From Hypanus sabinus (lineage: Eukaryota): DNA of 64,000 nucleotides. The DNA lies in NCBI RefSeq assembly GCF_030144855.1, contig NC_082712.1, positions 99,510,001 through 99,574,000 of the forward strand. Reading direction: 5' to 3'. This document shows, piece by piece, positions 24,331 through 42,500 of the stretch; the first letter of the stretch is position 1; each line of letters starts with the position of its first letter. Under the pieces are notes generated by a model. It had not been told where the DNA came from, searched no databases, and saw nothing but the letters and a program-made list of their open reading frames with translations. The translations under genes were made by a program, and so were the position numbers.

Positions 24331-26667
24331 TCAAGGAACAAACTTTAAAATATTTTCATTTCAGGTCCCACCACTCTCCATAAAATAAACTTGCCTTGCA
24401 AATGCCCCCTCCCCCTTTTAAAACTATACCTTAGAGTTTTAGAAATTTCTGCCCTGGGGAGAAGATTCTGATTGCCCACACTTCTCATTATACACGGTAG
24501 TGACTAGCAGGTTTCCATAATGTCACACCAACCCCTTGAGTGACAGGATCATTTCATAGTCTCATAGAAGGGAGAGTCAGAGAATGAAAGTCCCCACAGT
24601 TCTCAGCGTCCAATTTATTGAATTCCTGAGGAGGTGATAGAAAGGAGTGTTGGGGTTGAGCAAATCTTTTGACAAGGCTCCAATCAACAGACTGGGGAAC
24701 AGACCAGAGGCCTGGGATCCTAGGAAGACATGCAGTTTGGATCCACAGTTGGCTCACTGGGTCTGTTGTTCCCAATGACTTCCTTGGGCTTCAGTTCCCA
24801 GGACTTCAAGTTTATTGTCAATCAACCACGCACACATATACAGCTAAACGAAAGATTGTTCATCTGGGGCCAAGGTGCAAAACAGCACATACAGTCACAA
24901 AATAATACTAGCAGAGACTCCTGTAGGACATGGTCTGGAGGTTGACAGGTTGACATAAAGCGGAGAGGTGTATGCTAACGTAAGAATGTATAATATTACC
25001 GGCTGTTATAACAAAAAGCAGTCATGTAAATAAGTGAAACAGCCCCAGTAGAAGATGAAGAGTGACAGCACAGGACGTGTGTCTGTGAATTGGGAAGGGG
25101 TGAATGGCAACAGGGCATTCAGACCAGCTGTGCACACATGCTGGGCGGCAGCGGATAGCTAAGAGGTCTAACAGCCTGGTGAAGATGCAGTTACCCGGCC
25201 TGGCAATTCTGCTTCTTTTGCTGTGGTAAAAGAAGCAGGAGGTCAGAGACGGTGGGAAGAATGGGAGGGGTCTCTGACCATGCTGGAGCTGCTGTGAGAT
25301 GTTCCAAGGGAGAGACCCCAGTGATGTAAATATGAGTGAATAACTGATGGGGTATTGAAAGCAGGTCAGAGGGTGGTACAGGGGTAGTCAGTCAACTGAG
25401 CAGCAAAAAGGGAAATGTAACCTAGTCTGCACAAGGAACCAGAGATGCGTGACGAGGTGAGGAGCAGACAGTAAGGTATTCAAAGTTCAAAGTAACCTTA
25501 TTATCAAAGTATGTCTAGATCCCATATACTGCCCTGAGACTTAAAGTACATATAGATCCCATATACTGCCCCGAGATTCATTTTCTTATGGGTGTTCACA
25601 TTAAATACAAAGAGGCACAACAGAATACATGAAAAATCACACACAATATGGACAAACACCCAATGTGCAAAAAACAAGCTGTACAAATAAAAAAAGAGAA
25701 ATACTAAATAAATAATTAAAATTTCCAGAACATGAAATGAAAAGAGTGCTTGAAAGTTAGTCTATAGGTTATGAGAACAGGTCAGTGTTGGGGAAAGTGA
25801 AGATCTGGTTCAGGAGCTTGATGGTTGAGGGGTAATAACTGTTCTTGAACCTAGTGGTGTGGGACCTGAGGATCCTGCACCTCTTTCCCATGGGGTTGCT
25901 CGATGATAGATGCTGCTTTCCTGCACAACTTGTAGATGTGTTCAGTTATGGGGAGGGCTTTACCAGTGATGGATTGGGCTCTATCCACTATATTTTTGTA
26001 GTTTTGCAGAAACTGTGGAACCACGGAACGTGAGCACAAATCCTTACAGGCATAAGACCCATCAGTAAGGTGTTGTGAAAGGCACACACAAAGCTTGTGC
26101 TTATTAGCTAGGGCACAGAATACAACAGCAGGGAGATTGTGCAGGAATTAAGATGGTCACATCAGAGACATGATTGAACTAGGGAACATCCAGAGGAGGT
26201 TTACAAAGATATTCCCACAACTAGAAAAGTGTAACTGTGGGGACAAATACAAGAAAATCTGCAGATGCTGGAAATCCAAGCATACACACAAAATGCTGGA
26301 GGAACTCAAGTGGAGTCATGTTAGGGATTAGGGAGGCTGAGGTTATTTTCCAGGAGGAGTTAAAGCAGAGATCTCCAAAAGGGGTATCTGAAAAAGCAGG
26401 CAACATTGCAGGTAGCACCCAACCATTTAGTGTGGTTATCAAGTGGAGTTTATTGTCACATGCATCAGTTATTTTAGGTTTCCAGTATCCAAAGTTGTTT
26501 TTAATTTTCATTTACTATAACATTCTAATGACTACAGAACACCTTCCAATCATTCAGGTACGATTAAAAACTTGCTGCTGAATCACAGCTAGAGACATAA
26601 TTATAAATAAAATATACAAGCCAGTGTACAAGAGAGAGGGGAAAAACCTTCAAAACAAGATCTTAGG

Positions 26668-26734
26668 CAGGGTTCACAATCCTTTTTATGCCATTAAACA
26701 AGAGGGCCCATGGACCCCTGGTTGGACACCTCTG
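26668..26734. mobile_element. Degenerate hAT-type MITE remnant
   Basis: cagggttcacaa ... ttggacacctctg imperfect TIRs; a similar piece lies at about 59522-59570. Confidence 0.45.
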
Positions 26735-27539
26735 AGTAACCAAAGACAGGCCCGGGGTGAGGTAGGGTTAGGGATATGCCTGTCCATTTGATAGGGTGCA
26801 TTATCGAGACAGGGTAGAGAGAAAATACTAACTTCACCAGCAAACAATGAACGCGGATTGTAGATTGAATTTAAAATGGTTTTCCTGGAGCCGAGGACTG
26901 GAGTTGTCTGCAAATCAGACAACGCTGATTCACATTCATTTTGGGTGTCTGAAGTGTGGGTGAATATGTGATTCAAAGGAAGCCTGATAAGTATATTGGA
27001 ACTATAGAATTGTCCTGTTGTTATCGTTGATGCAATATCGGGTCACGAGGCCTCTTCCCCCAAGGTCTCCATATGATACCTGCTGCTCATTTCTGTTGAA
27101 TAAAACACTTCTGTATCCACTAGCTGCAGTCTCTCCATTGACTTTCCTCAAGTTGAAGAACTGAACAGTTCCCGAACATGACAGTGAGAGACTTGAAGAG
27201 GGCATGGCCTGGAAGGTCATGATAGATGTTGTCAGCGGTGGAGAGGGTAGTAGCCATGATGGACTAGGCCGTATCCATTATCCTCTGCAGCCAGCTGAGG
27301 TCCTGTGTGTTTGGGCATTCACTGCCTCGGAATGAGACACCCAAACCCATCTGAGCCCCACCCACACCTGCTGCTTTCTCCTTACACCCCCACCCTCAAG
27401 CCTCTCCCTCCTCCCCAACCCACCCTAACCACATCCCCACCCACCCAAACCACTCCCTCTTCATTCCCCCACCCAACCACTCCCTCCTCCACCCTCAGTA
27501 TCAGACTCGCATCTCCAATCCCTCGATGCCCTCCGCACT

Positions 27540-28035
27540 CCCCTGAAGGATCCCCACCGTCCATTTTGCCTCCCCGGCGGCACTACACCGGTTGAATGAG
27601 CCGCAGTGTTGGAGCCAAGGGCAGTAAAAGTTCGCAGTCTGCGGGCGTAAGGACGCGGTGCAAAACCGGGACCAAGGTCCGATGACCTTGGAGTCTCCTT
27701 GGGTGCCTTTGCGCGCGGAGCATCGGGAAGGTGTGTGGGCAAGGGGCAGTATGGGCAGAGGGGGCGAGTGGGGGCAAACCGGGATGTTGAGGGAGCGTTT
27801 GTAACGAGTGCTGCATTGCTGCAGCTTTACGTGCCTGGCTACATGTCTGCACCGGTTGCTCATGAACCCTGACCTTTGCACAACTGCAGCTGGCGAATGC
27901 ATAAAGGAACCGTCCACATTTTCCAGCGTATTCGCTAGACTAGTTCCCGGTCACCGCCAACTACAGTACGTAGGTCGAACTCCGGCGGTTACCGTGAGCT
28001 ATTTCAACATATATTGCAAGAAGCTGCTGGAATCC
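27540..28035. promoter_or_regulatory. CpG-rich island upstream of ENO3, possible divergent promoter or enhancer
   Basis: Locally high CpG density in non-repeat sequence against a CpG-poor background. Confidence 0.45.
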
Positions 28036-28620
28036 TACACCGGCAAAGGGGCTTAGTAAAATGACCAAGAGCTGGAGACCTCAGGGTCTGGAGCCAGACC
28101 TCGGTCTGTACCTTGGCTGTTGAGGCTAAGCCAACACATTTAGAATAATGAGAGAGAATTTCATAGCAAAAACAAACATAATGGAGGTAATCTGAGAGGG
28201 ATCCCCCGGAATATCTAGAACCAGCCATAAACCATTTCAAATGACGTACAATCTAGAGAGAGGGGCTACAGACGCTGCTCGACCCGCTGAGTTTCTGCAG
28301 CCGACTGTGTGCTGCTCCAGACTCCGGCGTCTGCCTCCTCGTGTCTCAGTGGCCCATCTCATACAGATTGGAGGAAGAGTTTCCTCTCAGAGTTGCGGGC
28401 CTTTGTAATTTCTTACCCGGATTTATGGGAGTTCTGTCCCAAAGATTCTGAGCGTGGGTTAGGCAAGGGTTGTAGCCAAGAGGCTGGGAGAAAGAGCATG
28501 CGTGACGGAGCTGATGGCTGGTTGATGGTTACGTTCTCGAGTAGGTCGGGAAAGGGTGACGGAGGAGGAGGGGATTGAGGTTACTGAAGGCATGATTATA
28601 GAGGGAGGGTGGGTAAATAA

Positions 28621-28846
28621 GGGGGAAGGGGAGAAGTAGATGAGAAAGGAGGATGGGGTAAAGAAGGGGGAAGGGGAGAAGTGAGTGAGAAAGGAAGGTG
28701 GGGTAAAGAAGGGGGAAGGGGAGAAGTGGGTGAGAAAAGAAGGTGGGGTAAAGAAGGGGGAAGGGAGAAGTGGGTGAGAAAGGAGGATGGGGTAAAGAAG
28801 GGGGAAGGGGAGAAGTGAGTGAGAAAGGAAGGTGGGGTAAAGAAGG
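28621..28846. repeat. 45-bp polypurine minisatellite, about 5 copies
   Basis: Unit GGGGGAAGGGGAGAAGTGAGTGAGAAAGGAAGGTGGGGTAAAGAA. Confidence 0.9.
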
Positions 28847-29019
28847 AGGTGGGGAGGGTGGAGGAAGATTACAGGAGAGAGGAAGAGTAGGAGGGAAGGA
28901 GGTTATAGAGAAGACGAGGATGGAATGGTGAAGGGGAGTCAGCGTAAGTCCGATCTCTTGGCCAAGTTAGGTCAGTGCAGCCGAGCTGGAGGGTGGGGTG
29001 GCGGGGATTGGGTTTCAGC

Positions 29020-29170
29020 GTGCCGGCGAGCAGAGAGAGGCGGGCCGCGATTTGGAACACGTGTGCGGAGGAGAGAGCGCCCGGAAAATGTGGACGGTCC
29101 CTGGCGCGGCGCGGCGCGGCGAGGGGCGGGGTGGGGAGGATTTAAAAGGCAGAGCAGGAAGTGGCTGCGT
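29020..29170 (+). promoter_or_regulatory. ENO3 core promoter (E-box/HRE, GC box, TATA-like) in a CpG island
   Basis: CACGTG 29058-29063, GGGGCGGGG 29123-29131, TTTAAAA 29141-29147; CpG island extends to about 29900. Confidence 0.7.
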
Positions 29171-29199
29171 CAGCGAGCGGCAGAGCGGCGACGAGGCAG
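29171..29199 (+). other. ENO3: Probable non-coding exon 1 of ENO3
   Basis: About 25-30 nt downstream of the TATA-like box, ends CAG|GTTCGT. The ATG exon has its own acceptor at 29690, so an upstream exon is required; its exact position is inferred. Confidence 0.5.
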
Positions 29200-29699
29200 G
29201 TTCGTGTCTGGGGGGTGTGGACGGACTGGGGGTACGAGGGTGGGTTCCGGAGTCTGCAGGTGTCTGAGTATGCATAGGATGAGGGGCCGTAAGGGTTTTC
29301 CGAGACCGCACTGGGGGGACGCGGGTGAGCTGCTGCTGCTCATTAATTCCCCCACCCACTTCGTTTTCCCTTGCCACTTCCAATATCGCTCATCCAGCCT
29401 CCCCTTTCTCCCCTCCAGTTCAATCATATCGCCCGGCTTGTGTCCACGTGTTTGTAGATCTCAATCGGGCCGTTCGGCCCATTGGCACACGGCTGGCCCG
29501 CCGGTGTCGGGCACGCTGCTCCTCAGGGTTTGGGCCAATGGTGTGGCGGGATTCCACGGGTTCCTCACCCTGCACCCCAGATTCTGGGGCCGGGAATACC
29601 CCGCTCTCCTCTTTCTTCTTCTCTCCCCACCCCCACCGTGCACCGTCCGCACTTCCTTTCTCCGGTAACGGGTCGATCGATGTGTCGCAGGAACGGAAG

Positions 29700-36614
<6,915 letters not shown>

Positions 36615-36871
36615 TGAGTGTGACAGATATTGAGGGAGACGGGAGCAACAAGGCAGCTAACGCTCACGGAGACCCGACATGTCGGCCACTGTCAGAATTA
36701 TGAATTACTGTATTTCCCTTTCCTCTTCTTCCAACCCATCAGTTAATATGCAATGATGACCTCTGCACGGGTGTGTGCCGTACACCGTGGATAAATATTG
36801 ATGCTTCCTCTGTCTAGCGTCGTACACTGAACAAACAATGATCCTTGCACTGTTGTGCGTTGTACACCATA

Positions 36872-36877
36872 AATAAA
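36872..36877 (+). terminator. Probable ENO3 poly(A) signal
   Basis: First AATAAA after the stop codon, followed by GT-rich sequence. Confidence 0.7.
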
Positions 36878-38356
36878 CAGTAACGCTTGCTCTGTCCTTG
36901 TGTTGTAAATTGTGCAAACGGTCAACCCTCCTACACTGCGGGGAAACTGACCCTCACTCAGCTGTATACTGTAAATAGTGACCCTTGCACTGTCTCCTTG
37001 TGTTGGGGGCAATACCTGTTCTGGGGGTGAGGAGATTGGGTGGCTGCCCAGCAGTTAGATGCTTAAGAACCCAGAAGCTGAAAGGAGCAGGGGACCAGCC
37101 AGGGCTCCCTCGGGTGGGTGCTGGTCACCAGAGCTGCTGCAAGCTTGACAGCCAAAACCAGTGATCAAACACAAAGCTGAGCCTGTTTTGGTGGGGTTGT
37201 TGTACAAACTGCTGGAGACGGCAATGCTTCAGCTCAGCCTAGCCTTGAGCTTCCAGAGAGCTGTCTTCACTGACTGAGTCTCAGCAGTTGTGTGTTGCTG
37301 GTAAGTTAGTCTCACCACATCAGGTGGCTGAGGAGCCAGTAGGAATTTGCAGTTGCAGGGTGATATGGTCATTGCTGCCCACCCCTCCCAAAGGTCAGTG
37401 GTCAGCCAGCCCCACCACAGTGCTGAAATGACCGATATGAGGGGACAAGCATTTTCACTACCAGAAAGATGACCAGAACGGCTGTGAAAATGGTGTCTAG
37501 ACAGTAAAAGAATCACCAGCAGGGTTGATAAGAATGTAACTGGTCATAGATTGCAAAGTGTGGGTTACTGACAGGAAACACTGCACTGGAATTGGAAATC
37601 AGTTGGCCACTGCATGAATTCCTCCAGATGGCACCAAGCTACCCAGGGCTAAGGATGGCCTGCTGATGAATGCTGGAACAGGCCTTATTCTATATGTTAG
37701 AATCAATTTAAGACAGGTTGTCCGGTCCATGGTCAGTCATGGCATGTAGGTATAAGGGCTGAGAGGGAAATGGATGAGCCAAGATGAAATGGCAGAGCAG
37801 ACTTGATGGGCCAAATGGCCTAATTTGCCCATATACTTTATGTTCCTGGAATGACCTGCACAACTCCAGCTCCACCTCAGTAACAACGCTAAAGCACCTC
37901 TTAAACCACCGTAGAGAGACAGACGGGTTTGCTTTATTTGTAACATACATCAAAACACACAGTGAGGCAACGACAAATGCAGTCCAAGGATAGAGTGATT
38001 GTATGAACCACTATGCTACCATGCCACCCACGGACTGACCATACATACTGTCTTTTTCTCTGCGCTAGGGTCTTGCAGTTGTGGTCTATCCTCACCCCCA
38101 GTGTATGGTATAGGGTTTATGTAACTTCATGCGCTGCCTGTAACTTTGTACCTACAAAGCCTCTGCAAGTATGATTTCATTCTACCTGTACCTCACTGTA
38201 TTTGTGCATGAGGCAATTAACTCAACTAGACTTGGGACCTTGTGAAGCCCACCCACCCACCTTGGCTGAACGAGAGATGAGCAGTGAGTATTAGCCACAG
38301 TCAGTTTCCAGTGGTAACAGATCACACGTAAGCTGACAGAAATGTACAACTGCGTG

Positions 38357-38362
38357 TTTATT
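38357..38362 (-). terminator. Candidate SPAG7 poly(A) signal
   Basis: AATAAA on the - strand about 1.1 kb after the stop codon. Confidence 0.5.
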
Positions 38363-38528
38363 TGCCATGGGATAACAATTTCAGCATGAACTTTATCCAG
38401 CATCTCACCAGAATATAATTTACATTCAGACACTGCAGATAAAACAATTTAAAAGGTGGGAGTTACAGCCCAGTGGAGAGAACATTACCTGAGCTACAGG
38501 AGGGGTAGAAAGGGTAGAGTAATGGACA

Positions 38529-38677
38529 GCATGTGGGGGCAGGCAGAGGGGATGAGGGAGACTGGAGGTGAAGGGCAGATAGAATGGATGACGGAAAGTG
38601 GGGCATGTGGGGGCAGGCAGAGGGGATGAGGGAGACTGGAGGTGAAGGGCAGATAGAATGGATGACGGAAAGTGGGG
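38529..38677. repeat. 74-bp tandem duplication
   Basis: gcatgtgggggcaggcagagggg...gacggaaagtggg occurs twice. Confidence 0.85.
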
Positions 38678-39469
38678 GTGTTTGTAGGGGTGAGGGAGAG
38701 TGGCAGTGGTTGAGAGTAAGGCAAGGGAATGAGCAACCCTCACGGTAAGAGGATGAGGGAGGGGGAGTTTGAGTGAGGTGTGGAGCAAGGAGATGGGGGT
38801 ATGAGGGAGCACGGTGTGTGGGGAGGGGAAGGGGAATGAGGCCTGCCCAGGAAGCCTTTGCTAGAAAGTCACCCGTGATCACAGCCATCACCATGGACAT
38901 GAGCTCTTCCAACCAGAGTTGGTATGGGCCGCAGCCTTGGGGCTGGAGTCATGCTGACACTGCGCACAGGGCCAGGACGGTGTGCAACCAGTAGCTCTGG
39001 GCGCAGGGAGCCAGGGGCCCGGAGGGGCAGCAGTCTGCCAGAAAAGAAATGTCACCCGCAGCCCTGCACAGACTGAGGGGCAGTCCATGTCCCCTCAGCA
39101 TGACGGGCAAAGCAGGACACACCCGCACGTGTTCCTGCGGACCACACACATTCATTGAACTGTGCCAGAGCCCCGTTCCCCCCAACAATATCTAACGCCC
39201 CTCCCCACCCAATCAATCCAATTTCTCACCATCTCCCACAGAACCACTGCCTTAAACCCTCCATTCCCACCCCCTCAATTCGAGTTCAGCCACCCACCCA
39301 TGCTCCACAGGAAGCCTACATCCCCACAAACCAACCACACCTCTTCCCCCCCCCACCCCCCCCAGTCGAAAGCATGCTTCTAACAACAGGGGCAGGGCCT
39401 GGCCTGAACAAGGCCTCAGACCTTGCCAGGAGGGTCACTCAGCACAGAAGGGGAGGAGGGCACAAGGCG

Positions 39470-39585
39470 TCACGGGCCCCCTGATACGCCCATTCCTTCA
39501 TCCAACACCTTCATCTTCTTCTTCGCCCTGATTTCGTTCATCGCCTCTTCAATGGATCGCGTGTCTCGCTTGTTGGCTGTTGGTA
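39470..39585 (-). CDS. SPAG7: SPAG7 exon 7 ([38 protein letters not shown])
   Basis: ctcctcag acceptor; TGA at 39472-39470. Confidence 0.93.
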
Positions 39586-42500
39586 CTGAGGAGGGAGAAG
39601 AGCAAAGGTGAGACAGTACCAACAGCTTTTATCATAAGATATAGGACCAGAATTAGGCCATTTGACCTATCATGGTTGCTCCACCATTCCATTATGTTTA
39701 TTTTCATTCTCAACCTCATTCTCTGTCCTCTCCCTGTAACTTTTGACGCCCTTATTAATCAAGAATCAATCAACCTCCACTTTAAATATACCCAGTGACT
39801 TGGCCTCTACAACTGTCTGTAGCAATGAATTCCACAGATACACAATCCTTAGGCTAAAAAGATTCCTCCACATTCTAAAAGGATGTCCTTGTATTTGGAG
39901 GCTGTGCCCTCTGGTCCTAGACTCCCCAACTATAGGAAACATCCTCTCAAAGTCCACTCTATCTAGGGCTTTTAATATTCGAATGGTTTCAATGAGATTC
40001 CCCCCCACATTCTACTAAATTCTAGTGCGTACAGACCTAGAGCTAACAAATGCTCTTCAAATGTTAACCTTTTCATTCCTGGAATCATTTTCATGAATGC
40101 TGTTCAGCATTCAACATAATCATTCCTCAGCACCTGATTGGAAAGTTGAAACTGCTGGGCCTGAACACCTCCCTCTGCAACTGGATCCTAGACTTCCTGA
40201 CTGGGAGACCTCAGTCAATCCGAATCGGGAGCAGCATCTCCAGGGCTGTGTGCTCAGTCCACTGCTGTTCACTCTGCTGACCCACGACTGTGCTGCAATA
40301 CACAGCTCAAACCACATCATCAAGATCACCGATGACACAACCGTGGCGGGTCTCATCAGCAAGAATGACGAGTCAGCTTACAGAAAGGAGGTGCAGCGGC
40401 TAACAGTCTGGTGCAGAGCCAACAACCTGTCTCTTAATGTGAACAAATCAAAAGAGATGGTTGTTGACTTCAGGAGAGCACGGAGTGACCACTCCCCGCT
40501 GAACATCAACGGCTCCTCCGTTGAGATCGTTAAGAGCACCAAATTTCTTGGTGTTCACCTGGTGGAGAATCTCACCTGGTCCCTCAACACCAGCTACATA
40601 GCCAAGAAAGCCCAGCAGCATCTCTACTTTCTGCGAAGGCTGAGAAAAGTCCATCTCCCACTCCCCATCCTCACCACATTCTACAGAGGATGTGTTGAGA
40701 GCATCCTGAGCAGGCATCACTGCCTGGTTCGGGAATTGCACCGTCTCAGATTGCAAGACCCTGCAGTGGATAGTGAGGTCAGCTGAGAAAATCATTGGAG
40801 TCTCTCTTCCCGCCATTACAGTCACTTACACTACATGCTGCACCCACAAAGCTAACGGTATTGTGAAGGACCCCACGCACCCCTCACACAAACTCTTCTC
40901 CCTCCTGCCATCTGGCAAAAGGTACCGAAGCATTCAAGCTCTCACGACCAGACTGTGCAATAATTTCTTCCCCCAAGCTATCTGACTCTTCAATACTCAG
41001 AGTCTAGACTGACATCTACATCATTTATTATATTGTAATTTGTCCTCTACTGTGCCTACTGTCTTGTTTATTAATTATTGTACGGCCCTGCACTGTTTCG
41101 TGCACTTTATGTAGTCCTATGCAGGTCTGTAGTCTAGTGCAGTTTTTATGTTGTTTTACATAGTCTAGTGTAGTCTTGCACTCTCACATAGTCTAGGGTA
41201 GTATTGTGTTGTTTCATGAAGCACCAGGGTCCTGGAGGAACGTTGTTTTGTTTTTACTATGTACTGTACCAGCAGTTCATGGTCAAAATGACAATCAACT
41301 TGACTTGACTTTGGACCCTCTCCAATACCAGCACATCCTCTCTTGAATGAAAGATGCAAAACTGCTCAAAATACTTGAACGTGGTATGACCAATTTCTTA
41401 TAAAGCCTCAGCATTACAGTCCTCATTGCCTTCATTACTGACATCTCAACCTGCACATTTACCTTTAAGGAATCCTGCACCAGGACACCCAAGTCGCTTA
41501 GCACTCCTGATTTCTGAAATTTCTCCCCAAACAGAAAATAAGTATGATTTTATTCCATCTACCAAAGTGCAAGATCAAACACTTTCCTATATTGTATTCA
41601 TCTGCCACTTCTTTGCCCATTCGGCTAATCTGTCAAGTCCTTCTTAAGACTCCCTGCTTCCTTAACACTACCTGCCCCTCCACTTATGTTCATGTTTTCC
41701 ACTAACTTGCCCAAAAAGCGATCAATCCTGTCATCCATATTGTTAGGATATAATGTGAAAAGACCCCTGCAGCTTATGCCCGTGTGGGTAGGTTCTCTGG
41801 AAGCTTTGTGGAGCGGATTGATTGGGAAGTTGCCACGGTAACAGGAAAGAGGTTCACTATGGGGGGGAGCAGGAAGCCGGGCACCAATGGAAAGTGGGTA
41901 ACCTGTACTGTAATAAGCTGCACCATTCACAGTTGCAGCTAGAAGACTGAAATGATCTTGTTGGACGTCTGTAATGGGGAAGAGGGCTGGGCCAGAGGGT
42001 GGAAAGGTAGTCTAGCAGAGCAGTGGGCTGGATTAGCAGGGTGGAGATGTAAGGAGATTAAGAAGCACTGGCACTGCCTGAGCTCATTTCCTTTTCTCAT
42101 CATGTCCCAAGGTCATTTGGCAGCGAGCACCCTCTACTGCAGCACAGGGTGAATGCAGTATCAGCATGGTGAATGCTTCACTGACATGGTGGAACAATAA
42201 ACAAACACAAGAAATTCTGCTGATGCTGGAAATCCAGTCCAATTCACACAAGATGTGGGAGAGACCCTGCAGTCAGGCAGCATCAGCGGAGACCCTTCAC
42301 CAGGTCTGATGAAGCAACATATTCTGCACGCTGGGCACGAGGGAGTGACTGGACCCAGTGAGGTCACGCAGGCGGATCAACTGAGACAGGAGTAGGTTCT
42401 GGGCTAAACACAGCATATCACCTTCTTCAGAGACATCCCCTGCTTCTGTTCTGGGGAAATTAAACCCAGTAACTCTGCTCAGAGGAGCTGAGGCTTGGGG

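Noticed and set aside
24480-24625. In-frame TGA read-through (selenoprotein) in the EFNKLDAENCG block
   Set aside because: No recognisable selenoprotein similarity or SECIS seen, and the exon itself is unproven.
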